Of a stretch of DNA of 32,000 nucleotides, positions 18,941 to 32,000 are shown piece by piece. A program made the position numbers and the translations under genes. Every line of letters begins with the position of its first letter. The first letter of the stretch is position 1. The DNA lies in assembly GCF_000011805.1 (NCBI RefSeq), contig NC_006840.2; one strand, given 5' to 3'. The notes under the pieces were generated by a model. The model was given only the letters and a program-made list of their open reading frames with translations. It was not told where the DNA came from and made no database searches. This stretch comes from Aliivibrio fischeri ES114. Its GTDB lineage: Bacteria; Pseudomonadota; Gammaproteobacteria; Enterobacterales; Vibrionaceae.

Positions 18941-18963
18941 ACTATCAATAGATTATCTATAAA

Positions 18964-20322
18964 TTACTTTTTCGTTGGACGCTGCCAATTAGCAATGCGA
19001 CGCTCTTTAGCTCGGCTGATGTAAAGTTCATTTTCATTCACATCTTTAGTCACTGTAGAACCAGCACCAACCGTTGCACCATTAGCAACAGTAACAGGAG
19101 CAATCAACTGACTATCAGAACCAACAAACACGTCATCGCCAATAATCGTCTTAAATTTATTAGCACCATCGTAATTACAAGTAATCACACCAGCACCTAC
19201 ATTTACACGCTTACCAATTTCCGCATCACCAAGGTACGTTAAGTGATTAGCTTTAGAACCTTCACCTAAACGAACGTTCTTCACTTCAACAAAGTTACCA
19301 ACATGTGCATCATTACATAATTCAGCACCTGGACGTAAACGGGTGAATGGACCAACCGTACACTCTTCACCAACTGTAGCACCTTCAATTACGCTGTAAG
19401 GACGAATAACCGTATTATCATCAATCTCACAATCTTTAAGTACACAACCAGCACCGATAATCACGTTATCACCTAACGTTACATTACCTTCGATAATTAC
19501 GTTCGCATCAATCTCGATATCCATACCACATTGTAATGTACCACGAAGATCAAAACGGCTTGGATCTCGAAGCATAACACCTTGCTCTAATAACTTTTGA
19601 GCTTGAGCTGCTTGATAAGCTCTTTCTAATCGAGCTAGCTGAGCACGGTCATTTACACCTTCAACTTCAATAGGGCTAACAGGGTGAACAGCTTCGACTG
19701 CACGACCTTCATCATGCGCTGCCGCAATAATATCAGTTAAGTAATATTCACCTTGAGCATTTTCATTTTTAAGTGCTGCTAACCAACGTTTTAAATCACC
19801 GCCTGTAGCAACCATTACACCTGTATTAATCTCTTTGATGAGCTTCTGCTCTTCTGTTGCATCTTTCTGCTCTACAATCGCGATTACAGGGCCATTACGA
19901 CGAATAATACGTCCGTAACCCATAGGGTTATCTAGAACCACGGTTAGTAAAGCAATACCGCCTGTAGGCTGTGCATCTAATAAGTTTTCTACGGTTTCAG
20001 CACTAATTAGTGGAACATCACCATACAGAACCAGTACTTTTTCATCATCAGCAAATTCTGGTGCAGCTTGATTTACAGCATGACCTGTACCTAGCTGTTC
20101 AGCCTGAAGTACCCATTGAACACGCTCTTCACCTAATTCAGCTTTCATTTGATCACCACCGTGACCATACACTAAATGGATATTTTGAGCGCCAAGACCT
20201 TCACATGTATCAATTACATGTTTAGCCATAGGTTTGCCTGCTAAAGTATGAAGTACTTTAGGTTTGTTTGAGTACATGCGAGTGCCTTTACCCGCTGCCA
20301 AAATTACTGCACTGAAGTTCAT
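18964..20322 (-). CDS. glmU: Bifunctional GlcNAc-1-P uridyltransferase / GlcN-1-P acetyltransferase
   Basis: 452 aa. N-terminal LAAGKGTRM nucleotidyltransferase motif and C-terminal left-handed beta-helix hexapeptide repeats. Confidence 0.95.
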   Translation of the reverse strand: MNFSAVILAAGKGTRMYSNKPKVLHTLAGKPMAKHVIDTCEGLGAQNIHLVYGHGGDQMKAELGEERVQWVLQAEQLGTGHAVNQAAPEFADDEKVLVLYGDVPLISAETVENLLDAQPTGGIALLTVVLDNPMGYGRIIRRNGPVIAIVEQKDATEEQKLIKEINTGVMVATGGDLKRWLAALKNENAQGEYYLTDIIAAAHDEGRAVEAVHPVSPIEVEGVNDRAQLARLERAYQAAQAQKLLEQGVMLRDPSRFDLRGTLQCGMDIEIDANVIIEGNVTLGDNVIIGAGCVLKDCEIDDNTVIRPYSVIEGATVGEECTVGPFTRLRPGAELCNDAHVGNFVEVKNVRLGEGSKANHLTYLGDAEIGKRVNVGAGVITCNYDGANKFKTIIGDDVFVGSDSQLIAPVTVANGATVGAGSTVTKDVNENELYISRAKERRIANWQRPTKK

Positions 20323-20491
20323 GAAAAGCCCATTCTATTATTATGCTGACTTAATTTGCCTAGCTTGTTAAAACCAAAATATGAAATCCATTACTTACTA
20401 ACGTAATAGATAATGGAGTTGATACTGAGGATAAATTATATGCTAAAAAACCAATCTACGGGTGAGATAAAAATAAGAAATAAACAAAATT

Positions 20492-20522
20492 GAAAAGAAA
20501 AGGCGACCTATTGGCCGCCTTC
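20492..20522 (-). terminator. atp operon terminator
   Basis: On the - strand the sequence reads aaggcggcc aata ggucgccuu followed by uucuuuuc. The single A/C mismatch seen on the + strand becomes a G.U wobble in the - strand RNA, which supports - strand function. Confidence 0.75.
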
Positions 20523-20539
20523 TTTCTAATGGTGCTTGA

Positions 20540-20962
20540 TTAACGCGAACGTTTTGTCAGCTCGATAACTCGAAGCTGTGCGATCGCTTTAGCCAAATCA
20601 CTGGCCGCTTGAGCGAAGTTAATGTCGCCATGCTGATTTTGGATATTCTCCTCAGCCTTGCGCTTAGCTTCTTCTGCCTTAGCTGCGTCTAGGTCTTCAC
20701 CACGGATTGCGGTATCTGCAAGAACAGTTGCCGAACCAGGTTGAACCTCAACAATACCACCAGAAACATAAATAATTTCTTCGTGGCCATGTTGTTTAAC
20801 AATACGCACCATACCAGGCGTGATAGCGGTCAGCAGCGGTGTGTGTCCATGGAAAATACCAAGTTCACCTTCGCTACCGGTCACCTGAATCGTTTCAACC
20901 AGTCCTGAAAATAACTTTTTCTCAGCACTTACAACGTCTAGGTGAAAGGTCATTGCTGCCAT
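20540..20962 (-). CDS. atpC: F1 ATP synthase epsilon subunit
   Basis: 140 aa. [20 protein letters not shown] matches F1 epsilon. Last gene of the atp cluster. Confidence 0.94.
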
Positions 20963-20980
20963 ATCGCCTCCTAATCAGCC

Positions 20981-22411
<1,431 letters not shown>

Positions 22412-22417
22412 CTATGC

Positions 22418-23284
22418 TTAAACCGCTGAAGCGCCTGAAACAATTTCAGAAAGCTCTTGTGTAATCGCCGCTTGACGGGCTTTGTTATACACAAGTTGCA
22501 GTTCATCAATAATGTCACCAGCGTTATCTGTCGCTGCTTTCATCGCAATCATTCGCGCTACGTGTTCGCAGGCTAAATTCTCAACCACACCTTGATATAC
22601 TTGTGATTCAACATAACGAACCAATAAAGCATCTAGTAGTGGTTTTGGCTCAGGCTCATAAATGTAGTCCCAAGCATGAGTGCGTTGCATTGCTTCATCT
22701 TCAGATTTAGGCAAAGGAAGTAATTGCTCAATAGCTGGTTCTTGTACCATAGTGTTGATGAACTTATTGTTCACAACATATAGACGATCCAACTGGCCTT
22801 CATCGTATTTCTTTAGCATCACACCAACAGTACCGATCAGTTCTTCTAGGCTAGGGTGATCCCCAAGGCCTGAGTTCTGAGCGACAACGTTACCGCCGTA
22901 GCTATTAAAAAATGCTGTTGCTTTTGAGCCAATAACGGCTAAATCAATTTCAACACCATCTTCTGACCATGTTTTCATTTCTGTCATGACTTTCTTAAAC
23001 AGGTTAATGTTTAAGCCGCCACACAGGCCACGATCACTAGAAATAACGATGTAACCAACACGCTTAGCTTCACGTTCCTCAAGATACGGATGACGATACT
23101 CAAGGTTACCAAGCGCTAAATGACCGATTACTTTACGCATTGTGTCAGCATATGGACGAGACGCTTCCATCGACTCTTGCGAGCGACGCATTTTTGAAGC
23201 GGCTACCATTTCCATTGCTTTCGTGATCTTTTGAGTGCTTTTTACACTCCCGATCTTGTTACGAATCTCTTTCGCACCGGCCAT
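22418..23284 (-). CDS. atpG: F1 ATP synthase gamma subunit
   Basis: 288 aa. [33 protein letters not shown] is canonical gamma. Confidence 0.96.
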   Translation of the reverse strand: MAGAKEIRNKIGSVKSTQKITKAMEMVAASKMRRSQESMEASRPYADTMRKVIGHLALGNLEYRHPYLEEREAKRVGYIVISSDRGLCGGLNINLFKKVMTEMKTWSEDGVEIDLAVIGSKATAFFNSYGGNVVAQNSGLGDHPSLEELIGTVGVMLKKYDEGQLDRLYVVNNKFINTMVQEPAIEQLLPLPKSEDEAMQRTHAWDYIYEPEPKPLLDALLVRYVESQVYQGVVENLACEHVARMIAMKAATDNAGDIIDELQLVYNKARQAAITQELSEIVSGASAV

Positions 23285-23329
23285 CGTTACTCTCCGTTTT
23301 CGGGTGACCCATTACAGGCCACCAACGAA

Positions 23330-24871
23330 TTACCAGGTCTGGGTTGCTTTGAAATCTTCAACCAGTTTCACGAACTGAGCTTCAATTTCATTATTCCAAG
23401 CACCCGATGTGTCGATCTCTTTTGCTAGATCGGCAAACTGACCACGAGCATACGACAGCAATGCTTCTTCAAAATCTGCAAGCTTAGCAAGCTCAACATC
23501 TTTCAAATAGCCTTTTTCAGCTGCGAAGATAACTAAAGCTTGGTCAAAAACAGACATTGGAGCGTACTGTTTCTGCTTCATAAGTTCAGTTACTTTCTCA
23601 CCATGGTCTAGCTGCTTCTTAGTCGCGTCATCAAGATCAGATGAGAACTGAGCAAACGCTGCAAGTTCACGATACTGTGCAAGAGCAGTACGAATACCAC
23701 CAGACAGTTTCTTAATGATCTTAGTTTGTGCAGAACCACCTACACGCGATACAGAGATACCAGGATCTACCGCAGGACGAACACCAGCAGTGAACAGTTC
23801 TGTTTGTAGGAAGATCTGACCATCAGTAATCGAGATTACGTTGGTTGGTACGAATGCAGATACGTCACCAGCTTGAGTTTCGATGATAGGTAGAGCAGTT
23901 AAAGAACCTGTTTTACCTGTCACTTCACCGTTAGTGAATCGCTCAACGTACGCTTCACTTACACGAGCAGCACGCTCTAGTAGGCGAGAGTGTAAGTAGA
24001 ATACGTCACCTGGGAATGCTTCACGGCCCGGTGGACGTTTCAGTAGTAGAGAGATTTGACGGTAAGCTACCGCTTGTTTAGATAGGTCATCATAAACAAT
24101 CAGAGCATCTTCACCGCGGTCACGGAAGTATTCACCCATCGCACAACCTGAGTACGGTGCAAGGTATTGCAGCGCAGCAGATTCAGAAGCCGATGCAACA
24201 ACAACAATAGTGTTTGCTAGTGCGCCGTGCTCTTCTAATTTGCGAACTACGTTAGCAATTGTTGATGCCTTTTGGCCAATCGCAACATAGATAGAGAAAA
24301 TACCAGAATCTTTTTGGTTAATGATCGCATCGATCGCCATTGCTGTTTTACCAGTCTGACGGTCACCGATGATTAGCTCACGCTGACCACGGCCGATTGG
24401 GATCATTGAGTCAACTGACTTATAGCCAGTCTGTACTGGTTGGTCTACTGATTTACGATCGATTACACCAGGTGCAATCACTTCTACTGGAGAAGTCAGT
24501 TTCGCTTCAATTGGACCTTTACCATCGATTGGCTCACCAAGTGTGTTAACAACACGACCTAGTAATTCAGGACCAACAGGAACTTCAAGGATACGACCAG
24601 TACCTGTTACTTTCATGCCTTCCTGTAGGTCAGCATATGGGCCCATTACTACCGCACCAACTGAATCACGATTCAAGTTAAGTGCTAGCGCGTAACGGCC
24701 ACCCGGTAATTCAATCATTTCGCCTTGCATTACATCAGCAAGGCCGTGGATATTGATGATACCGTCGCTTACCGACACGATAGTACCTTCATTGCGAGCT
24801 TCAGTTACAACGTTGAATTTTTCAATACGTTGTTTGATTAGATCGCTAATTTCCGTGGAATTAAGTTGCAT
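23330..24871 (-). CDS. atpA: F1 ATP synthase alpha subunit
   Basis: 513 aa. Walker [10 protein letters not shown]. Confidence 0.97.
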   Translation of the reverse strand: MQLNSTEISDLIKQRIEKFNVVTEARNEGTIVSVSDGIINIHGLADVMQGEMIELPGGRYALALNLNRDSVGAVVMGPYADLQEGMKVTGTGRILEVPVGPELLGRVVNTLGEPIDGKGPIEAKLTSPVEVIAPGVIDRKSVDQPVQTGYKSVDSMIPIGRGQRELIIGDRQTGKTAMAIDAIINQKDSGIFSIYVAIGQKASTIANVVRKLEEHGALANTIVVVASASESAALQYLAPYSGCAMGEYFRDRGEDALIVYDDLSKQAVAYRQISLLLKRPPGREAFPGDVFYLHSRLLERAARVSEAYVERFTNGEVTGKTGSLTALPIIETQAGDVSAFVPTNVISITDGQIFLQTELFTAGVRPAVDPGISVSRVGGSAQTKIIKKLSGGIRTALAQYRELAAFAQFSSDLDDATKKQLDHGEKVTELMKQKQYAPMSVFDQALVIFAAEKGYLKDVELAKLADFEEALLSYARGQFADLAKEIDTSGAWNNEIEAQFVKLVEDFKATQTW

Positions 24872-24884
24872 GCTCCATTCCCCA

Positions 24885-25418
24885 TCAAGACTGCAATGTT
24901 TCGCTCAGACGACCTAAACGGCCACGTGCTGAGTTATCAATGACTAGGTCTCCGGCTCGAATAATAACCCCTGCTAGAAGGGTCTCATCTACGCTACAAT
25001 TCAGCTTCACTTTACGCTCTAGACGAGCTTCAAGTTTGGCACCAATGTCAGCTTTCTGCTGCTCTGTTAGTTCAATTGCTGATGTAACATCAGCATCAAT
25101 CACTTTTTCAAACTCATGTTGTAAAAGGATAAATTGCTCTAACACTCCTGGTAGAACTTTCAAACGGCCATTTTCAGCCATTACGTTAATAAAGTTCTGT
25201 CCAAACTCGTTCAGTTGTTCGCCACAAATAGAAATAAAAATTTCAGCTAACTGCTCTGATGCAATAGCACCGTCTAGCAGTTGAGCGACATCTTCATTTT
25301 TTGCGACTTCTGAACAAAAAGTTAGCATTTGAGCCCATTGGCTCAATTCGCCTTTTTCGACCGCAAAGTCAAAAGCTGCTTTCGCGTAGGGGCGTGCGAT
25401 GGTTGCCATTTCCGACAT
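24885..25418 (-). CDS. atpH: F1 ATP synthase delta subunit
   Basis: 177 aa, OSCP/delta family ([12 protein letters not shown]), in the expected operon position. Confidence 0.93.
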   Translation of the reverse strand: MSEMATIARPYAKAAFDFAVEKGELSQWAQMLTFCSEVAKNEDVAQLLDGAIASEQLAEIFISICGEQLNEFGQNFINVMAENGRLKVLPGVLEQFILLQHEFEKVIDADVTSAIELTEQQKADIGAKLEARLERKVKLNCSVDETLLAGVIIRAGDLVIDNSARGRLGRLSETLQS

Positions 25419-25435
25419 ATCTTGGCCCCTTTTCT

Positions 25436-25906
25436 TTACAATTTCGCAGTGATGTTATCAAGAATATCTTTCTGCGCTTCTACATCAATAGAACGCTCTA
25501 AGATTTTCTCGGCACCGATCACAGCCAGAGTTGCAACTTGTTTACGCAGTTCATCGCGGGCACGGTTGCGTTCAGATTCAAGTTCAGCTTCACCTTGTGT
25601 AAGAATCTTCTGGCGTTCAACCAGAGCTTCTTCACGAGCTTCGTCTAAAATTTGACTTTTACGCTTGTTAGCCTGTTCGATGATCTCAGTTGCAGCGCGC
25701 TTTGCTTCTTTTAATTGATCAGAAGCATTAGCTTGTGCCAAATCAAGGTCTTTAGCTGCGCGTTCAGCGGCAGATAAACCGTCAGCAATTTTTTTCTGAC
25801 GTTCCTCGATCGCTTCCATGATTGGTGGCCATACATATTTCATGCAGAACCAAACAAACAGTGTAAAAGCGATTGCTTGACCAAGCAGAGTTGCGTTCAT
25901 ATTCAC
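25436..25906 (-). CDS. atpF: Fo ATP synthase b subunit
   Basis: 156 aa. One N-terminal TM segment followed by a long charged coiled coil. Expected operon position. Confidence 0.93.
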   Translation of the reverse strand: MNMNATLLGQAIAFTLFVWFCMKYVWPPIMEAIEERQKKIADGLSAAERAAKDLDLAQANASDQLKEAKRAATEIIEQANKRKSQILDEAREEALVERQKILTQGEAELESERNRARDELRKQVATLAVIGAEKILERSIDVEAQKDILDNITAKL

Positions 25907-25961
25907 AACAGCTACCCCTCGTTAAGAATCAGCTACAAAAATTCAATTAGCAATGGCTAGA

Positions 25962-26219
<258 letters not shown>

Positions 26220-26276
26220 TTACTTTCTCCAGTTTTATGTTGTCGGCAAAGTGCCATTGATAAATAAATGTCTAAA

Positions 26277-27487
<1,211 letters not shown>

Positions 27488-27513
27488 GTATTCTTCCTTT
27501 AAAGCACCTTTGC

Positions 27514-27529
27514 CTTGATTTAAATCAAG
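27514..27529. promoter_or_regulatory. Perfect 16-bp palindrome containing a consensus FNR-type box (TTGAT-N4-ATCAA)
   Basis: cTTGATttaaATCAAg at 27514-27529, centred 34.5 nt upstream of the atpI ATG. Confidence 0.4.
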
Positions 27530-27551
27530 TTAAAACAAAGATTTTACAAAA

Positions 27552-27579
27552 ATTATACGTTGAGCTGATATGAATGCAA
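27552..27579 (-). promoter_or_regulatory. Candidate sigma70 promoter for atpI-C
   Basis: Read on the - strand: TTGCAT (27579-27574), 16-nt spacer, perfect TATAAT (27557-27552). TATAAT alone is common in AT-rich DNA, so support is weak. Confidence 0.3.
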
Positions 27580-27675
27580 TCAAATAGCATTAAAAAGTTA
27601 CATTTATGAGAACATAACGGTGACTTTTACGACGTAAAGTACGGTTTTTATATCAACACACGTTTTATATCACAT

Positions 27676-28560
27676 TTAGCTTTCTAGCTTTGCGATAAGT
27701 TGTTCTAATTTGTGAGCCTCGTCAAAGGTAATCGTTACCTTTCCTTTGCCCGCTGCATTTCGGCTTATCACAACTTTAGAGCCAAGAGTTGATGATAATT
27801 TATCCGAAATAGTCATCATTTCAGTATCAACTTCTTTTGGTTCTTCCTCTTTTTGAGGAGCCAATAGCTCTTTTACTTTTTGTTCAGTTTGACGAACAGT
27901 CAGCTTCTTTTTGATTACGAGATGAGCTAATTCAACTTGCTGTTCATTTTCTAATGCTAACAACGCACGAGCATGACCCATCTCAAGTTCTTTCTGCTCA
28001 ACTAAGCCTTTCACTTCATCAGTTAATGCATTTAGACGCAATAAATTCGTTACTGTTGTTCGAGATTTACCAATAACATCTGAAATTTGCTGATGAGTTA
28101 ATTCAAATTCTTGCTGTAAACGCTCTAAAGCTTGAGCTTCTTCAATTGCATTCAAATCTTCACGTTGAATATTTTCAATTAAAGCCATCGCGATTGCGGC
28201 TTTATCTTCAACAGATTTAACCACGCATGGGACGTGTTTTAGACCCGCTTTTTTAGCGGCACGGAAGCGTCGTTCGCCAGCAATGATTTCGTATTGTTGA
28301 GAAGCAACTTCACGTACAACGATCGGTTGGATGATACCTTGAGAACGAATAGAAGCAGAAAGCTCTTCAAGGGCTTCTTCTTCCATAACTTTACGAGGTT
28401 GATATTGACCAGCACTCAATTGATGAATACCTAACTCAACCAATTGAGCATCTTTAGAAATGGACTCGCTTTGTGCAGCAGCTGTCTGCTTTTCACGTGC
28501 AATTGAACTTGTTGCTAATAGGGCATCTAATCCTTTGCCTAAACCACGTTTATTACTCAT
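27676..28560 (-). CDS. parB: Chromosome partitioning protein ParB
   Basis: MSNKRGLGKGLDALL starts at ATG 28560, overlapping the parA stop by 8 nt (ATGAGTAA). ParB box IIAGERRFRAAK and an HTH are present. 294 aa. The track start at 28596 is an upstream extension inside parA. Confidence 0.93.
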   Translation of the reverse strand: MSNKRGLGKGLDALLATSSIAREKQTAAAQSESISKDAQLVELGIHQLSAGQYQPRKVMEEEALEELSASIRSQGIIQPIVVREVASQQYEIIAGERRFRAAKKAGLKHVPCVVKSVEDKAAIAMALIENIQREDLNAIEEAQALERLQQEFELTHQQISDVIGKSRTTVTNLLRLNALTDEVKGLVEQKELEMGHARALLALENEQQVELAHLVIKKKLTVRQTEQKVKELLAPQKEEEPKEVDTEMMTISDKLSSTLGSKVVISRNAAGKGKVTITFDEAHKLEQLIAKLES

Positions 28561-29350
28561 GAATTTCTGTTTCCCTTTCTTTTTCCATTTCGTCACGGCG
28601 AATTATCTCTCCGGCAAGGGCTAAATAAGCCTTTGCACCATTTGAGTATTTATCATAATACATTGCAGGTTTACCATGACTAGGCGCTTCTGCTAGGCGA
28701 ACATTTCGAGGGATCACAGTGCGATACACTTTTTCACCAAAATGTTTTTTCAATTGATCAGATACATCATTCGCTAAGCGATTACGAGGATCAAACATGG
28801 TTCTAAGCAACCCTTCGATCTTTAAATCAGCATTCACTACAGCGGCTAATTTACCTATGGTATCAATTAAAGCCGTTAGTCCTTCAAGTGCGTAATACTC
28901 ACATTGCATAGGAACTAATACAGAATCAGATGCTGCCATGGCGTTAATTGTAAGGAGATTTAGAGCGGGAGGGCAATCGATAAAGATGAAATCATAGTTA
29001 CCACGAATTGGGTAGATCATGTTGCGCAAGCGAACTTCTCGCGCAAACACTTCCATTAATTTGATTTCAGCAGCAGTAACGTCACCATTGGCAGCAATTA
29101 AATCATAGCCACCAGAGGTTTCCTCTATCACAACTTTGTCAAAAGGCACTTCGTCAACCAACAACTCGTAAGCGGTTGCATCCACATCATATTTATCAAC
29201 ACCACTGGCCATGGTTGCATTGCCTTGGGCATCAAGGTCAATTAATAAGACCTTTCGATGTGTTGCAGCCATTGATGCTGCAAGATTCACCGCTGTTGTT
29301 GTTTTACCTACGCCACCTTTCTGGTTCGCAATAGAGATAATTTTTCCCAC
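28553..29350 (-). CDS. parA: Chromosome partitioning ATPase ParA (Soj)
   Basis: 265 aa. Deviant Walker A KGGVGKTTT. Confidence 0.95.
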   Translation of the reverse strand: MGKIISIANQKGGVGKTTTAVNLAASMAATHRKVLLIDLDAQGNATMASGVDKYDVDATAYELLVDEVPFDKVVIEETSGGYDLIAANGDVTAAEIKLMEVFAREVRLRNMIYPIRGNYDFIFIDCPPALNLLTINAMAASDSVLVPMQCEYYALEGLTALIDTIGKLAAVVNADLKIEGLLRTMFDPRNRLANDVSDQLKKHFGEKVYRTVIPRNVRLAEAPSHGKPAMYYDKYSNGAKAYLALAGEIIRRDEMEKERETEIHE

Positions 29351-29365
29351 ACTAACCTCATTCCA

Positions 29366-30007
29366 TTATTTTTTTCCGGCTAAGGTGACTAAATGTCTTT
29401 CACCCTCTAACTCCGGAACGATCAATGTCGCTACATTTTTAACAGAGCACCATTCAGGAAGATCATTCGCTTCTTCTTCTGAATAAATACCTTTTAATGC
29501 TAAAAATACACCATCTTCTTCTTTCGGTAGATGATGACACCAATTCACCATGTCTGTCATTGATGCAAATGCACGACTTAGGACTGCATCAAACTTTTCT
29601 TCAGGTTGAAACTCTTCAACACGGCTTTGAATTGGTGTTACGTTGGTGATTTTTAGCTCATGAATAACTTGTTTAATAAAGCGAATTCGCTTTCCTAAAC
29701 TATCCAATAGTGTAAATGATTTCTCTGGATTCATGATAGCTAATGGGATACCAGGTAACCCAGGACCTGTACCAACATCAATAAAACGTTCACCAGATAA
29801 TTTTGGACTAACTACAATGCTGTCCAAAATGTGCTTAATAACCATTTCACTTGGGTTTCTCACTGAGGTTAAGTTATACGCTTTATTCCACTTGTGGAGT
29901 AGTGCAACATAACCAAGGAGTTGTTCTTTTTGCAATTCAGAGACATTTAAGTCAGTTTGAGCAATTAAACGGTCGAATTGTTGAGATAAATCGGTCACGT
30001 TACTCAC
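29366..30007 (-). CDS. rsmG: 16S rRNA m7G527 methyltransferase RsmG (GidB)
   Basis: 213 aa. [15 protein letters not shown] and SAM motif [15 protein letters not shown]. The GTG start overlaps the mnmG stop by 8 nt. Confidence 0.93.
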   Translation of the reverse strand: MSNVTDLSQQFDRLIAQTDLNVSELQKEQLLGYVALLHKWNKAYNLTSVRNPSEMVIKHILDSIVVSPKLSGERFIDVGTGPGLPGIPLAIMNPEKSFTLLDSLGKRIRFIKQVIHELKITNVTPIQSRVEEFQPEEKFDAVLSRAFASMTDMVNWCHHLPKEEDGVFLALKGIYSEEEANDLPEWCSVKNVATLIVPELEGERHLVTLAGKK

Positions 30008-31889
30008 CTTTCTTTAATAAACCGTGTTTTTTCAAATGAACTAATAAAATTGAAATAGCAGCAGGCGTGATACCTGAAATACGAGAAGCAATACCAATCG
30101 TTTCTGGTTTTGCATCACTCAGTTTAGCCACAACCTCATTTGAAAGACCTTTTACTTCTTTGTAATCAAGATCAAACGGTAATTTTGTATTTTCATGACG
30201 TAATGATTTTTCAATTTCATCACGTTGACGTTGAATGTAACCCGCATATTTTACTTGGATTTCAACTTGCTCAGATGCTTGTGAATCTTCAAGAGCAGGA
30301 CCAAAACCATCAATTGAAACTAGAGATTGATAATTAACTTCCGGACGACGTAGAAGATCCTCACCACTTGCTTCACGAGCAATTGGCGTTTTTAGGATCG
30401 CATTAACTTGATCCACTTGTTCTGATTTTGGATTGATCCAAATATCTTTCAAGCGTTGACGTTCTTGCTCCATGTTCTCTACTTTTTCGTTAAAGCGAGC
30501 CCAACGAACATCATCAACAAGACCTAAAGTTCGACCTTGTTCAGTTAAACGTAAATCAGCATTATCTTCACGAAGTAATAAACGATATTCGGCACGAGAA
30601 GTGAACATACGGTACGGTTCTTTAGTACCTAATGTTGATAAATCATCAATTAATACACCCATGTACGCTTCATCACGACGTGGACTCCAGCCTTCTTTGC
30701 CTTGAGCAAACAAACTTGCGTTAAGACCAGCCATTAAACCTTGAGCAGCAGCTTCTTCGTATCCTGTTGTACCGTTAATTTGACCAGCAAAGAATAGACC
30801 TTCAATAAACTTCGTTTCATAAGTTGATTTTAAATCTCGAGGATCAAAGAAATCATATTCGATCGCATAACCTGGGCGCACAATGTGTGCATTTTCAAAA
30901 CCTTTCATTGAACGTACGATTTGCAGTTGTACGTCAAATGGTAAGCTTGTTGAAATACCATTTGGATACAGTTCGTGCGTTGATAAACCTTCTGGCTCAA
31001 TAAAGATTTGGTGACTGTCTTTATCAGCAAAACGCATTACTTTGTCTTCAATTGAAGGACAGTAACGAGGACCAATACCTTCGATAACACCTGCATACAT
31101 AGGGCTTCTATCAAGGTTATTACGAATTACATCATGTGTTTTTTCATTAGTATGGGTAATAAAGCAATTTACTTGCTGTGGATGGTGCTCACGTTTACCT
31201 AAAAATGAAAAGACAGGGGTTGGATTATCACCCGGTTGTGCTTCTAGTCCTGAAAAATCAACAGAACGAGCATCAATACGTGGAGGTGTACCGGTTTTTA
31301 AACGATCTATTCTAAATGGACGTTCACGTAGACGTTGAGCAAGAGTGATCGAAGAAGGATCTCCTGCGCGGCCTCCTGAGAAGTTTTCCATACCAATATG
31401 TATCTGACCCCCTAAAAAGGTTCCAGCGGTCAATACAACGGATTTAGCACGGAATTTAAGGCCCATTTGAGTTACAGCACCCATCACCTTATCGTTTTCT
31501 ATAATAAGATCATCAACGGCTTGCTGAAATAACGTTAAGTTTGGTTGGTTTTCTAATACTGAACGAACATAAGCTTTGTATAACGCTCTATCTGCTTGTG
31601 CGCGAGTAGCTCGAACAGCTGGACCTTTTGAAGCATTCAATGTTCTGAATTGAATACCACTATGATCGATGGCTTGTGCCATTAAACCACCTAAGGCATC
31701 AACTTCCTTTACCAGATGTCCTTTGCCGATCCCACCAATTGCAGGGTTACACGACATTTGACCTAATGTATCAATGTTATGAGTGAGTAGAAGTGTATTT
31801 TGTCCTGTTCTTGCTGCAGCAAGTGCTGCTTCAGTACCAGCATGACCACCGCCAATAACAATGACATCAAAGTTGTCTTGGTAAAACAT
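30000..31889 (-). CDS. mnmG: tRNA uridine-5-carboxymethylaminomethyl synthesis enzyme MnmG (GidA)
   Basis: 629 aa. FAD-binding N-terminus [16 protein letters not shown]. Canonical mnmG-rsmG-parA-parB-atp order next to oriC. Confidence 0.97.
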   Translation of the reverse strand: MFYQDNFDVIVIGGGHAGTEAALAAARTGQNTLLLTHNIDTLGQMSCNPAIGGIGKGHLVKEVDALGGLMAQAIDHSGIQFRTLNASKGPAVRATRAQADRALYKAYVRSVLENQPNLTLFQQAVDDLIIENDKVMGAVTQMGLKFRAKSVVLTAGTFLGGQIHIGMENFSGGRAGDPSSITLAQRLRERPFRIDRLKTGTPPRIDARSVDFSGLEAQPGDNPTPVFSFLGKREHHPQQVNCFITHTNEKTHDVIRNNLDRSPMYAGVIEGIGPRYCPSIEDKVMRFADKDSHQIFIEPEGLSTHELYPNGISTSLPFDVQLQIVRSMKGFENAHIVRPGYAIEYDFFDPRDLKSTYETKFIEGLFFAGQINGTTGYEEAAAQGLMAGLNASLFAQGKEGWSPRRDEAYMGVLIDDLSTLGTKEPYRMFTSRAEYRLLLREDNADLRLTEQGRTLGLVDDVRWARFNEKVENMEQERQRLKDIWINPKSEQVDQVNAILKTPIAREASGEDLLRRPEVNYQSLVSIDGFGPALEDSQASEQVEIQVKYAGYIQRQRDEIEKSLRHENTKLPFDLDYKEVKGLSNEVVAKLSDAKPETIGIASRISGITPAAISILLVHLKKHGLLKKGE

Positions 31890-32000
31890 GATTCGACCTT
31901 AGGAGTAATGAAAAGAGTTAGAAGAATTTAACTTAAGAGATGTATTTTACCCTTTTTCTAGCTTGGAAAGAAATGAAAAAGTGATGAAGTTCAAAAAAGA

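Noticed and set aside
18774-18962. 62-aa ORF running from inside csp through two terminators
   Set aside because: It spans the csp 3' end and both terminator hairpins, so its sequence is dictated by those structures. It is not a gene.
29211-30705. + strand ORFs opposite parA, rsmG and mnmG (29211-29486, 29851-30039, 30140-30337, 30472-30705)
   Set aside because: They are shadow ORFs antisense to conserved genes.
31890-32000. Looked for the beginning of oriC upstream of mnmG (DnaA boxes, GATC clusters, 13-mer AT repeats)
   Set aside because: The last 110 bp contain no TTATCCACA-like box and no GATC. It is probably just the mnmG promoter region, and oriC, if adjacent, lies beyond the window.

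Overview
This window is a conserved, origin-proximal core-genome segment of a low-GC Vibrionaceae chromosome; protein sequences and gene order resemble Vibrio/Aliivibrio chromosome 1. On the + strand, left to right: the 3' part of rsmB, then trkA-trkH. Two - strand genes follow, a yqfA-like hemolysin-III channel and a Spo0M-family gene. Next is a 558-bp spacer, then back on the + strand yihD, ccoG/fixG and srkA-dsbA. A yihG-like acyltransferase and comM lie on the - strand. The ilvL leader plus ilvGMEDA and a CspA-family gene are on the + strand. The rest is all on the - strand: glmU, atpIBEFHAGDC, parB, parA, rsmG and mnmG. oriC is expected just beyond the right edge. Every long ORF is a recognisable housekeeping homolog and coding density is high. 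I found no rRNA or tRNA genes, CRISPR arrays, transposases, integrases, phage genes or defence-type gene clusters. I therefore see no support for a novel multi-gene system here. What the ORF track does not explain is small-scale: (1) an ILV-rich leader peptide and attenuator upstream of ilvG; (2) a terminator-bounded unit in the spo0M-yihD spacer, either a 55-codon ORF or a roughly 200-nt sRNA; (3) a perfect FNR-consensus palindrome in the atpI leader/promoter region; (4) a very strong hairpin with a U-tract oriented against the flanking genes; (5) a terminator that abuts the srkA start; (6) a convergent ilvA/csp/glmU junction that may be an ori-spanning inversion breakpoint relative to V. cholerae. 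Several track ORFs carry spurious N-terminal extensions (ilvG, ilvM, ilvE, srkA, dsbA, parB), and I have trimmed these.
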